Positions 37,901 to 51,400 of a stretch of 64,000 nt of DNA are shown here, one piece after another (within the stretch, counting starts at the first letter, position 1; the number at the start of each line of letters is the position of its first letter). The position numbers and the translations under genes were made by a program. Below the pieces are notes generated by a model, which worked only from the letters and a program-made list of their open reading frames with translations, did no database searches and was not told where the DNA came from. Source of the DNA: Felis catus (taxonomy: Eukaryota); contig NC_058368.1 in NCBI RefSeq assembly GCF_018350175.1, forward strand, positions 210,368,001 to 210,432,000, in the 5' to 3' direction.

Positions 37901-40900
37901 TTCCATGTGCACTTGAGAAGAATGTGTATTGTGCTGGTTTAGGATGAAATGTTCTGACTGTATCTGTTAATATATCTAAGAATTGTCCAGATATAAGTAC
38001 ATCCAGTCCAGTGTTTCATTCAAAGTCATTGTTTCCTCATTGCTTTTCTGATTTGATTGTGTGTTCATTGTTGTAAGTGTGGTGTTAAAGTCCCCTGCTA
38101 TTACTGTATTATTATCAATAAGTTTCTTTATGTTTGTTATTAATGTATTGATTTATATATTTGGGTGCTTCCAGTTGGTGGTATAAATATTTACAATTAT
38201 TAGATCTTCTTGAATGGCTAGACCCCTTAATTATGATACAATATCCTACATCATCTTTTGTTACAGTCTTTGTTTTAAAATAAAATTTGTCTGACACAAG
38301 TATGGCTACTCTGGCTTTCTTTTGACATCCGTTATCATAATAGATTGTCCTCTACCCCTTCATTTTCATCTGCAGGTGTCTTTAGCTCTAAAATGAGTCT
38401 GTCTTAGGTGCAGATAGATGGCTCTTATTTTTTTTTTATCCATTCTGATACCTTATGTCATTTTATTGGAGTACTTAGTCCTTTTACACTCAAAGTAATT
38501 ATTGAAAGATATGAATTTAGTGCCATTATTTACTGGTAGAGTTGGTGTTTCTGGTGATGTTATCTGGTCCTTTGTAGTCTTTATTGCTTTGGCCTTTTTT
38601 TTTCTCCACTCAAAAGAGTCCCCCTTAAAGTTTCTTGCAGGCCTGGGTTAGTTGGTCATGAACTCCTTTAGTTTTTGTTTGCCTGGGAAACTCTTTATTT
38701 CTCCTTCTTTTCTTAATGACAACTGTTATGGATAATGAATTTTTTGGCTGCACATTTTTCCCATTCAGCACAATGAATATTTCCTGCCCCTCCCTTCTGG
38801 CCTCCCTTTCAGTGGACAGGTCTGCTGCTAACCTTATGTGTCTATCCTTGTTGGTTAAGGACCTTTTGTCCCTAGTTGCTTTCAGAATTCTCTCTTTATC
38901 TTTGTATTTTGCAAGTTTCACTAGGATATGTCATGGTGTTCACCTGTTTTTGTTTATTTTGCGGGGAGTCTGTGTGCCTCTTGGACTTGAATACCTGTTT
39001 CCTTCCCCAGATTAGGGAAGTTCTCAGCTAAAATTTGTTCAAATAAACCTTCTCGTCCTCTTTCCTTCTCTTCTGGGAGTACTGTGGTATGGATATTATT
39101 TCATTATACAGAATCACTAAGATTCCTAAGTCTCCCCTTGCGATCTAATGGTTTTCCTTCCCTCTTCGTTTCAGCTTCATTATGTTTCATAGTTTTATAT
39201 TCTGTCACCTATTCTTTCCTCCATGTCTTCAATCCTCATCGTGACTGCATCCACTAGATTTTGCATCTCACTTATAGCATTTTTAAATTTCAGCCTGGCT
39301 AGTTTTTAAGTCTTTTATCTCTGAAGCAAGGGTTATTCTAATGTCTTCTATGCTTTCTTCAAGCCGAACTTGTAATCTTATGACTGCTGTTCTCAATTCT
39401 TGATCAGATATATTGCTGATATCTGTTTTGAGCAAGTCCCAGGCTGTGATTTCTTCTTGACCTTTCTTTTGGGGAGGATTCCTCTGTGTTGTCATTTTGG
39501 CTAAGTTTCTGTGTTCTGCATGTTTTCAAAGCTTGTTATGTTTCCTGCACCTGAGAATAATGCTCTATTAAAAAGGGGTCATAGGGGCACCTGGGTGGCT
39601 TAGTCGGTTGAGCGTCTGACTTTGGCTCAGGTCATGATCTTACCATTCGTGAGTTCGAGCCCTGAGTCGTGCTCTGTGCTGACAGCTCAGAGCCTGCTTC
39701 GGATTCTGTGTGTCTCCCTCTCTGCCTCTTCCCTGCTCATGCTCTGTCTCTCTCTGTCTCTCAAAGATGGATAAATGTTAAAAAAAAAACTTCAAAAAAG
39801 GGGGTTATACACTGTCCAGTGTCTGGCACTTCAGGAAGTATCTCTGGTGTACACTGTGCACTCTGCTATTGAAATTTGGCTGCTATTTCCCACTGGCCGG
39901 TCCTCCACCGAGGTCCTCCTTGCTTGCAGTGGTGACTGTTTGGATCTTTTACTTGGTGTGCTTTGATTAGTTTGTTAATATGAGCCTGGAAAAATAGAAG
40001 GAAAAAAGCCTGATTCCAAAAAAAGAGAAAAGGAAAAGGAGTGAAAAAAAACAAATGATCAAAAAACTACAAGCCTGATTCTAAAGAAAAAGAAAGAAAG
40101 AAAGAAAGGAAAAAAAAGTCTGATCCAAAAAGAAAAACAAACAACAAACAACAACAACAACAACAACAACAAAAACAGAGAGAAAAAAGGAAATGAAAGA
40201 AAAGAAAACTAACAAACTAAGAAGAAACTGCAAGCCTGACTCCAAAACAAAGAAGGAAGAAAAAAAAAAGTGAAAAAAGAAAAAAAAAATTAAGCCTGGT
40301 CCTAGTATCACCAGAACTGCAGGTGTCATTTTGAAGCACTTGATTTTCAGTACACTTGGTGCATGTGAGGTGCTGCCTTTGCTGGTCTTCTGGTGGAGAG
40401 GCCCATTGTGTTGGTTCAGAGTCAGTTTGCCCCAGTAAATAAGCTTGTGCCTCATGCGGGGGTTGGGAGGGGAATGGGAAGGAGGAATTTGTTGTAAGGG
40501 AGTCTTGCCTCCCCTAGGGTCTGACCTCAATACGGCTGTGTTTGAAGGACAAAGAGAGCCCAGGATCTCCTTATGTCTATGCCATCTTAACTCCTCCTGT
40601 ATTGTAACATTTGAACCGTTTATTAACTCCTTCTTTGGACATATTTCCCTATCTTGTTAATTTATTTACTACTTTAATAAAGAAATGAAATTACAAGCAC
40701 TAAAAAGCAAAGATCTTCAATATTCGCATGTGCTGCTGCTCCAACCAATATCTGGCATTATAATTGGGTTACCAATACAGGCTGGAAAAATATTAAGAAG
40801 TATGATAGAATAAGTACAGATTATCTTGAACATACTATTGGTAGAACATACAGCAGCAAGTACGTCTTGAACATACTATTGGTAGAAATGTGGATGTTAG

Positions 40901-43900
40901 AACACTTTGGCAATCTATACAAACAACAAATCATTAAGTCTTGCACCTGAATATAATGTAATGTTATATGTCAATTGTATCTTATTAACAAAGGTAAAAA
41001 CTCTGCTAATGAGGGTGAAGAAGGAAGAGAGGAGCATGGTAGAGAAAATCTACATTGTCTTAGACAATATGTAAATCACCATAAACACACTTCTGGTAAA
41101 AATATAGATGTTAAGGATGTCTTGCTTCTTATAATAAAATGTGAAAGGAAAGAGATAAATTGAAAGAAGAACTATTAAGCATAAAGGAATGAGGACTTCA
41201 TGATTTTGGAAACTCTCACCCTACCCAGATTGCAAAAGATTCTAAAATTAGGGGATTGAATGTGAGGAAAGAGAAAGTGTGGCTGGATAATCTCTTCCTA
41301 TTTTCTCTAAATAGGTCATAATATTTAGTCTAATAAAGCTCTTTAAATATTAGGTGTGTGATTCAGTGGGTCTCTTCAGCCACATTGACTGACACCAATA
41401 GTGGAGATGGAATTATTTTTAAAGATCTGTGGAGGACCTCCTGTTCAGAGGAGTGAATTCCATGACATAACCAGAAGATCCAGAAGGTACTTGAGAATTT
41501 TATACCGGGATAAACACTGACAGTTTGGATTGAAAAGGACAGAGAAAGAGTGACTTGAAAGAAGCCCACTGAACTCCCCCAAATTAAGAAACATGCCCAT
41601 AAACTATCCAGCTGAAAACTTGTGCTACCTTTCATGACGAACAAATGAAAACTCTTGAGTTTGAGGCAGTGAACCCAGAGGGCAGAACTTCTAGCTTACA
41701 GGGCTGAATTCTAATTCACAGCAGATTATTTACAGTTTTTAAACTTAACATTGTCTTCCCAGTTAGATATCAACATTTCATAGGTCCAGAGACCTACGAC
41801 AGGTCCATTTTCCTGTCATTTTCTTCTATTTTGAATGATAATGTCTGCAACTGGCATCTTAATATTCCTTGGGAGCAGATAAACTTCTTTCCTAATATCA
41901 TAGGTCCACAGGTAGAGAAACTTTGTTTTTGGATGGATCATATCCAGACTGTCCCACCCACACTTGATTGAATTATTTGGATAATATAAGTTGAGACATT
42001 TGAGCTAATGATATTTAGATGAGATTTTGAATTATGAATTGATGATGTGAAGGATTGAGACTTGTTGGACTGTTGGGTGTGGTGAATGTAATTTTTATGT
42101 GATATTTACATGGGAGTTTGATGTCCAGAGAGCAGAACATGGTGGTAGAAGATGATGCCCCCACCCAAAGATATGCTGTACTCTTTTGAACCAGTGAATA
42201 TGCTACCTTTCATGGCAAGGAGACTTTGCAGATGTGATTGATATAAGGATTTTGAGATGGGGAGATTATCTTGGATTATCCATTTGGGCTCTATATTATT
42301 ATAGGAGTCCTTCTAAAAAAAAGAGGAGATGATAAGAGAGTAAGAGTAGGAAATGTGATGATAGAAGGGAAAGGCAGGTAATGGATGATGTCATTGCCAG
42401 TTGAAAGGAGGCCATGAGCCAAGGAATGAAGGCAACCACTAAAAGATGGAAAAGACCAGAAAATGGATTGTCCTTTTGAGCCTCCCAAAGGAATTCCTGG
42501 CCTCCCCACACCATACTTTTGTCCTAGGGAGACCCATTTTGTATTTCTGATCTCCAGAACTATAAGATAATACATTTGTTTTGTTTTAAGCAACTAGGTT
42601 TATAGTAATTTATTACAGCAGCAAGTAGAGATTAATACTGCTATCCAAGTGGTCTAGCCAACTCCAGGAAGAATGGGAAGATGTTGCCAAAGCCTTTATA
42701 ATGAAGGCAAATATGGGGGTCACTAATGGCAGTGCCTGTTGTATTGCAATTTGGACAGATTCTAGATCTTTATGATATTGGCCTTACTCAAAATGGGCTG
42801 ATTTTCAAAAACAAGCATAAATAGATTTAAGGAAAATGTATGAATCAGAAATCTATTGTCTCCAGATTGCACAAAGGCTTAAGAGATGTTGGATTTGTTG
42901 AGATATTGTGCTGTTGTGAGTCATCGGTTTTTGTTTCATAGTGTCATCAATCAGGAGGCCTTAGCTTATCAAATAATGCCCAAGAAAGCTTATGAAATAA
43001 TTCCCAGGAATTTAACTGAGATCCTAGGCCTTGAGACTTATGTGAGGTAATGGCCCATCCCTTTATGTGAACTCCTTTGAGAATGTTTCTCAATCCTGAT
43101 GAGTATGTCAAATGAATCTATTCAGGGCAGGATATTGTCAATATAATGTCCTACCTGTGCTCCTGGGGAAAGTTGGATGTGGTTAAGATCTTGCCAATAA
43201 AGATTGTGGCCAGGGGCGCCTGGGTGGCTCTGTCGGTTAAGCGATGACTTTGGCTCAAGTCATGATTTCGCAGTTCCTGAGTTCAAGCCCAACGTCTGGC
43301 TCTATGCTGACAGTTCAGAGCCTGGAGCCTGCTTCAGATTCTGTGTCTCCCTCTCTCGCTGCTCCTTCCGCACTCCTTCTCTGTCTGTGTGTCTCAAAAA
43401 TAAATACGTTAAAAAAATTAAATTAAAAAGTAAATTAAAAAAAAGATTGTGGCCAATGGTAGGACCATTGAAATACCCTATGGACAACTAGTTAAAGGTC
43501 TACTGTGTCCCTTCCAAGGTGAAGGCAAACTGACATTGAGAACCTGTTGACATAGATACTGAACAGAACATATTAGCCAAAAGTATGATTGCAAAATACA
43601 GTGAAACCTTGTATTGCGAGTAATTGTTCTGTGAGCATGCCACAAGAAAAGCAAACAGTTCTAATAAAATTTGACTTGATAAATGAGCAGTGTCTTGCAA
43701 TATGAGTATTATGTGATGCAGAACATCAAGTGATCACAACTGAGCCAATGGTTCTTGACATTTGCTTTGATATACAAGTGCTTTGTATTACAAACATGTT
43801 TCCAGAACAAATTATGCTCACAAACCAAAGTGTTACTTATTTGCCAGTACATACTTGGATAGCAGTAATTTCACTAAGATTGGGCTTGTTAGTTTTAGTG

Positions 43901-45448
43901 TGTAGGACTATGCACTAATGTATCACTGGTTTACACACAGTTTGTTTGAATGTTATGACTGATGAAAGCTCGCATACATAAGAGAGTATGAAATTTTTAT
44001 TTCTCAAATAGTAAGGCATGTTTTTTTGGAAAAGTAGGACAGGCTCCTAAGCAAATCTGAAATATGGCTTTCTAGAGGCTGGAGGGATGACTAGTTTGAG
44101 TTTTTATTGTGAGTAGAGAGTTGGGATGTGTTGAGGGCTCCCCCTCATTGGCCTTCCTTGCATGGTTTGAAACTCCCACTAGGGTCAAGAGAGGGACCAT
44201 GCGGACTCTCTTACTAGTTTGCCCAGGTGAAGAAGCATAAAAGAGGGCATGGGAGATAGGGCTTGACAACTGTCAGCAGTCAAACATCAAAAGTGGACTC
44301 AGACTTCTTATTACACATGGGTATATGGGAGAAACCATGTTGGTAAGTAGAGGTACAGCGGTCTAGTATTTTATAGAAGCTTTTTAGTACTTTTTACTGA
44401 ATCAAAAAACTATTTGGATTTATCACTCTATATAATGAAAATGAGTTTTTCTAAAACAGAAGGAGCAGAGGCTCTGGAATCAAACAGACCTGTACTGAAA
44501 TACAAAGACTGTACTTCCTATGTGTGCAACCTTGACAAATTGTCTTAACTTCAATTCACATTGTTTTCTGACCTGTAAAATAGGACAAATAGCTATGCCT
44601 TATGGAGGCTTTAAATGGAAGCTTCTATAACTTTAAATTGAAAAACACTCCTCAATCAGTGTAAGATTCTCCATAATCTATGGAGAATTAATCATTTTAT
44701 AAGATTAAATGAATGAGAATGCAACCAAACCATACAAAAATATATCAAAAGGCAAACATTCTATAAATATAGAATTATTTAAGCAAACACATGATGATAT
44801 TATCATGCTAATGTTAATCCATGGTTTGTGGCATATTTCACATTTTTAACCCATGGGTGTTTTCTAGATTTTAAAGAGAAGGAGATATCATACCAAGTTA
44901 TCCCTTGGCTTCCACCTGAAGACTGTAACAAAGGATTGAAGAATAATTTTGATTTTTTTATTGAAGAAGCTTTGGGTGGCAGGTAATTGTTATGTCTTTG
45001 AACCAAAGAGTCACTATTTTAGCAATACAAATGAATGGATGGATGCCTGGATGCTTGGACTGTAGACGTAAGACAGGGATGGACGGATGGGTGGGTGGAT
45101 GAAGGAATAAACGATGAGTGGATAGTTAGGGAAACAAGTATTTACACCAATTCATCCAGTGCAGTCACTCGAGATTCTTCTTTGCTGTGTACTGTGCCTC
45201 TTCCATGAATGGATTTCTGTAGCAAGTAGAGGTTGATCTTTCTGGGACTTCCTTTCAATACCTCTCTTACAATCTTTGTTTATAACCTCCCCACCACAAA
45301 AGCACAGGTACCTCAACCTCTCACTGTTGATAGGGAAATGAGAGCCACTTACTTTTCCTCCTTTTCTTCACACATATTCTAGTATTGGAAGGAAGAATTA
45401 TGAACACTGGTTTTGTACTAGTTGAACATCTGGCTATGTAAAGTCCAT

Positions 45449-45492
<44 letters not shown>

Positions 45493-48400
45493 TTTTTGGC
45501 CTTGTAAGGTCTTTTTAAAAATGCAATGAACCTCGTGCAAAATAAGACATGAGTCCTTTGTTTCATCTGAATGGAAAGGAGCACATAACTGCTTAATCTT
45601 AGACATTAATGTGGAAAGACAAACATCCATTCCTAACTTAATTATAGTGGCCTTGCCTTCTTTCTATCTGAAAATTCTACTTACTAGTGTAGGTCTTGCT
45701 TACATTTGACTTTTCTCATAAAGTCTTTTTTCCTCCCTCAACTGGGAGACCACAGTCCTTCCTGTCTAGAACTGATCTAATCTATTCATTTGATACTTAG
45801 TCTATATAATCTTGTGCTGTTAATTATATTAAATATAGGCTTTGTCTCTTTTCCATTCATTTAATATTTTTGTAAACAGGCATGGGTAACCATGGATTCT
45901 TAAACATTGTTTTCTATTTATTAGCTTAATTTTAAGCATGCTTAATGAGCTATATCTGGAAATTTTTACAGCACTATTGTAAGTATCTACAATATCTGGT
46001 TATCATTCCTTTGCTATGTGAAATCTCCAAAAAATGCATAGCAGAGGAGGATTTTAGCCAGTCACTTCCACTGTGTAACTTGAAGTTAATTTTAAATGTC
46101 AGGAAGAGTTCTGTATATTGCTAAAAAGTTCTCTACCTCTGAACCTTCTCCATGTGGGGTGCACTGGTACAGTACACTTAAAGGGATGCCAGGGTGTTGA
46201 TTCTCTTGGTCCTGCATGTAGCCAGCAGGATGTCTTGAGCTCTTTCACCTGTTAACTCTGATACCTTAAAGTACAGATGGACATCATTATCTATTTCCCT
46301 GTAGATTATTCAAGCAGGAAGTAAACAATCATATTCTATATAGGCAGTTACCGGAAAGCATTTTAAGGAGATTAGCTCCTGGAATATTCCCATGGGAAAA
46401 GTCTTAATTACATGTTTGTACTCGTTGTCATTATCTTCTCTGGACACCTCAACCTACACTGAAGTAGACAAGCCAATAATATGTTTAGTATTAATCAGGC
46501 TTTCCTTTTCTTTTCTTTTCTTGCATTGCTTAACTTTTAGGCATAGAAATGTGGAATTCCCATTTTTGCTGTGTTTTGGGTTCTATATGATAAAATGATC
46601 CCTTGTGTGAGGTGATCTCTCACATTCAGATTATACAATGATTTTTAAAAATAGCCTATATGGTCAATATTTATGGAACTGTGTCATCAAGTGACTTCCA
46701 CTGTTTGAGTAATCATCAGGTAAAAAAAAGTTTATGAGAATATTACAGAGTTTATCAAATAGAAAGAGATATGTGAAATTTGCATGGTCAGAGAAAGTTC
46801 CTAGACCAGAAAGTCCACCAGTGGCAATTAGTTTTCAGATAACACAATTCAGTTGTGCCAAATGGATTTCAAGATATTGAAAGAGAACATGAGTGGGGGA
46901 AAGGCAGAGTGAGAGGGGGACAGAGGATCTGAAGCAAGCTCTGCAATGACAGCAGCAAGCCTGATGTGGAGCTGAAAATCAAGCACCCTGAGATCACGAA
47001 TTGAGCCAGAGTCTGAGGCTCAACTACTGACCCACCCAGGCATCCCATGTGTTTTTTAAATAAACTGGAACAGAGAGTGCTTGAGATTTAGATGAGGGAG
47101 AGAAGAGGAGGGGAGGAAGGGAACCCTCTCAAGAGCAGAACATCTGCTCAGAGTACCTGAGATGATGGTACTAATGGGCAGTGGTGGAATAGGTGGGCTG
47201 CTGCTAGGTGTGGTCTTGCTTATCTGGGATATTTTCTTTGTAGCCCAAGATTCTTTTATGTATTGTGGAATTAACACATCCAATGATTGTTTACCGTTTT
47301 TCTCTTTCTTATAGATACACATTTGGAAAACTCTTAAAATTTATGGAACAAGTAGGGCTTCAGTGCAGCCATTTTCTAAGGAGAAGTGATATCATGGATT
47401 CCTTAAAGAGTGAGAACTTTGACCTAGTGATAGTTGAAAATTTTGACTACTGTCCTTTCCTGGTTGCTGAAAAGCTTGGAAAACCATTTGTGTCCATTCT
47501 CTCTTCCTCGTTTGGTGCTATGGATTTTGGACTACCAAACCCTCTGTCTTATGTGCCAGTATTGCATTCTTTGCTAACGGACCACATGGACTTCTGGGGC
47601 CGAGTGAAGAATTTTCTGATGTTCTTTGATTTCACCATGAAGCAAAGGCAAATCCAGTCTGCATATGACAATACCATCAAGGAGCATTTCCCGGAAGACT
47701 CTAGGCCGGTTTTGTCTCATCTTCTGAAGAAAGCAGAGCTGTGGTTTGTTAACTCTGACTTTGCCCTTGAATTTGCTAGGCCCCTGCTTCCCAACACTGT
47801 GTATGTTGGAGGCTTAATGGCCAGACCTGTAACACCAGTACCACAAGTAAGTGAAACTGTAGCTCTCCATGTGGGCTTCATGCAGAGGTCTTCAGCACAG
47901 AGTTGGTGACTGCCCTGCCCGTGGAATCCTGGGAAGGAAGTAGGGTGAGGCAAGTAAGGTGCCTAGGACATGCTTTTTAAGGGAGTACTCATTTTTAGGG
48001 CCATGCAATGATGGTGTTAGGACTTGCACAACCCTGAGATTGAGGGCCTCCTTAAATGGTACACTGAGTGTCCTCTTTAGTCCTGGCCTTGGTAGGATAA
48101 GCTCTTTATTTTATTTTAATTTTACTATCTCTACATACAGCAAGGAGCTTGAACTCAGCACGCTGAGGTCAAGAAGAGCATGCTTTTCCAAATGAGCCAA
48201 CCAGGCACCCTGGCATAAACCTTTTAAGAAGTTGATATTTTCATGTGCGTTTTGTATGATCATATGTATAGTAGCTATGTGGCAAGGATCCATTAAATGG
48301 GAGAATTGTTAAAAGAGGTGAGTTATGCTCAATGAAATGCACAACACTATGAGTGTGTAACCAAGGTAGGACTGGGTGGTAAGAACTGCAGACATCATCT

Positions 48401-51400
48401 CCAGCATCCTCAGCTGATCTTCTGATTTGTTTGATCTGGGGTTAGGCCTGGGCGTTGTAAATTGTGAAAACTGCTAAGTTGGTTTGAATCCATAAACTCA
48501 GACTACTGCAATAGAAGGTTTTTTTTTTTTTTTTTAATGCTTATTTAGAGAGAGAGAGAGTGAGAGAGAGAAAATGATCATGAGCAGGGTAGGGGGTGAG
48601 AGAGATGGAGACCAAGAACCCCAAGCGGGGTCTACACTGTCAGCACAAACCCCAAAGCGGGGCTCAAACTCAAGAACCATGAGATAATGACCTGAGCCAA
48701 AATCAAGAGTCAGACGCTTAAGCAACTGCACCACCCGGATGCTCCTCTGCCATAGAAGTTTTAATTTATTCTTATTTTTGTTTACTTATTTATTTTTCTG
48801 CAATAGAAGTTATTAAATGGGAGGGAGCTAAGATGAGTTGGCTTCCTTTTGCCTATCAGCACTGTGTTGCCATTTTATGCAATTTATCTTATATAATAAC
48901 ATCTTGCCACCTGGAAGGAAGTATGATGATCTCCATTTTTATAAAAGAGAAGACAGAGACTGAGGTGGTGTGTAAGTGACTTTCCCACTACCATTCACTG
49001 CAGAGCTGGGGAAAGCCCTGATGTGACCTGGGTCTTCTAGGTACCCAAGTGTCTATGCTTCCTCTACTGACCTTGTACTCAGTGAGCAGGGAGAGTTGGG
49101 GAATGATCCATGGACTAGATGGGCTTTGAGTTGGTGGTAGGGTTTTTTAGGGATGGAGCTCGGGAGGAAGGTGTTCCAGCTGGAGAGAACAAGTAGCTCA
49201 AAATGTTAAAGTAAAAGTAAGATAGGCATGGCTCTGGGTTCCCTTGGTGACTCTAGCTAGACTGGATCAGAATTCTCAATTGTGTAAATACAGCCAGGCC
49301 AGATTGCAGGAGACTTTACTTGATAGGAGGGTGGGTCTTAGTTATAGGGTAGGGGGAGGGAGTTGTTAAGCAAGAGCATAATGGCAGTAAGGGTTATAGT
49401 GGCTGTGAGATAGCAGAGGCTTTTTTCAAAAATGTTTCTCTATATTTTCCAGTTTTTAGATAATGGAGTTACGTGGCTTTTGTAATTAAAAAGAATGACA
49501 AAGCTGTTGTCAAAGTGGTCCTTTGAATGGTAAACCAGGCAATGTTATGCTAGATGGAATCAATCCAGGAATGAGGATCTAGAAGCTGAGGAAAGGGGGC
49601 TGCAGAAGTCCAGAGTCAGAGTCTGAAGAAACACTTGAAGCAAGAGTTGACAAAACTGTGTTAAGCCAAGATCACATCATTAAGTCACAGCCTTCCTTAA
49701 GAATTGCCTGAGGACTTTAAAAAGCAAGCTGCCATATTTCATTTTTTCTCATTGCCACGTAGTATTCCATTGTGTATATAAACCACAATTTCTTTATCCA
49801 TTCATCAGTTGATGGACATTTAGGCTCTTTCCATAATTTGGCTATTGTTGAGAGTGCTGCTTCACAAAGTATCAGAGCAAAGCACTCTACATGGTGCATT
49901 GAGCCAGTGATCAGGAGCCTTCCTCCATTTCTTCCACTTCTTCTTATGCTACAGGCCTTCTCCCAGTTTCTTCAATCTAGCCTCAGACGTTGCAGCTCCC
50001 TCTGCTAGACCCTGACACCCCACTAGTATTTGTTCTTACACTACCATTTTCCGGTGGCCTTAGGAAATTCTCAAGTGACCATGTCTCCATTGACTTATGA
50101 TGAGCAGTGGGTCTAGGATGGCCGTGACACAAAATCAAGCTTTTAAAGAAGAAAGATATTCTGACACAATGGGGATGAGCATCATGCAGAGGGTGCTGAG
50201 CTCCCCCAGGGGCTATGAGCTCTAGGAATGGCAGGAAGGTGTGTTCAGTAAATGAATGGCTTTCATTTCGTGGCTGCCTAGGTTTTCATGAACAACATTT
50301 TTCACGTCTTTTTCTTTTCTGAACTCTCTCCAGGAATTTGAGAATTTCATTGCTAAGTTTGGAGACTCTGGTTTTGTCCTTGTGGCCCTGGGCTCCATGG
50401 TGAGCACCTTTCAATCCCAGGAACTTCTCAGGGAGATGAACAGTGCCTTTGCTCATCTCTCTCAAGGAGTCATATGGAAGTATAAGCCATCTCACTGGCC
50501 CAAAGACGTCAAATTGGCAGCAAATGTGAAAATCGTGGACTGGCTTCCTCAGAATGACCTCCTGGGTAAGAACTGCCCAGGTCGGCTTCACCCGTCTCGT
50601 TTACATATTTTTAGATCTCGTCGGGCTCTGACCTCTAGTTGGGTAATCCCATTTGCTCTAGAAGGAGCTGCTGATACCTAAAGGTAAGTCTCCAAGAAGC
50701 AGGAATGGAATGGCCAGCTGGAGTTCTTGGGGAATCAGGCCCTACTCCCAATGAGATCAGGTGCCCAAATAGCCATCTCTCCTTCATTCTTTCTTTCCCA
50801 GGTGAGATATTGGTAGACATCAAAGTCACCTTGTCCTACTGCATTAGGTTTTACACAGGGTCACCCAAACACAGTCCAAAAGAACCTATGGATTCTAGAG
50901 AACACATACCAGAAGGATGTGGCCCTTGTATTTAGCGGCTTCATGAGTACCTGTTCTTCCACGTGCACTTACATATATCATACCACCCTCCCCCACATCT
51001 TTCTTAGCTATTGAAGTGTGAGCAATTCATACCTTCATAACATTAATACCAATAGTGTCTTTAGGATGTGCCAAAATACCTGAGTGCCAAGATGAACAAC
51101 CTCATAGCTGGTTATTTGGTCCATTTTGTCTCTGGTACCAGAGAGTTCCCTCACCTCCCCCCCCCCCCCCCCCCGCCAACCCCCCCGCTAACCCCAGTAG
51201 TTTTTCTCTGTGCCCTGTGCTGCTTCTTTCAGACCCCTTACTTCCATAACCACTGACTGGATCAGAGGCTCATGACCAAGATAATGACTCAAAATACCCT
51301 GGAAAATTGAAGGAATAGATTCCCAACTCAACTTCTCAAATTTAATTATTTAAGCCTGGAGCAAGGCACATGATCCTCTTTTCAAAGAAGAGATAAGGAA

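Noticed and set aside
40824..40887. 23-bp direct repeat tcttgaacatactattggtagaa
   Set aside because: Small local duplication within decayed retroelement sequence; no sign of function.
51155..51196. C-rich run, potential minus-strand G-quadruplex
   Set aside because: Mostly a homopolymer in mid-intron with no supporting context; length may be unreliable.
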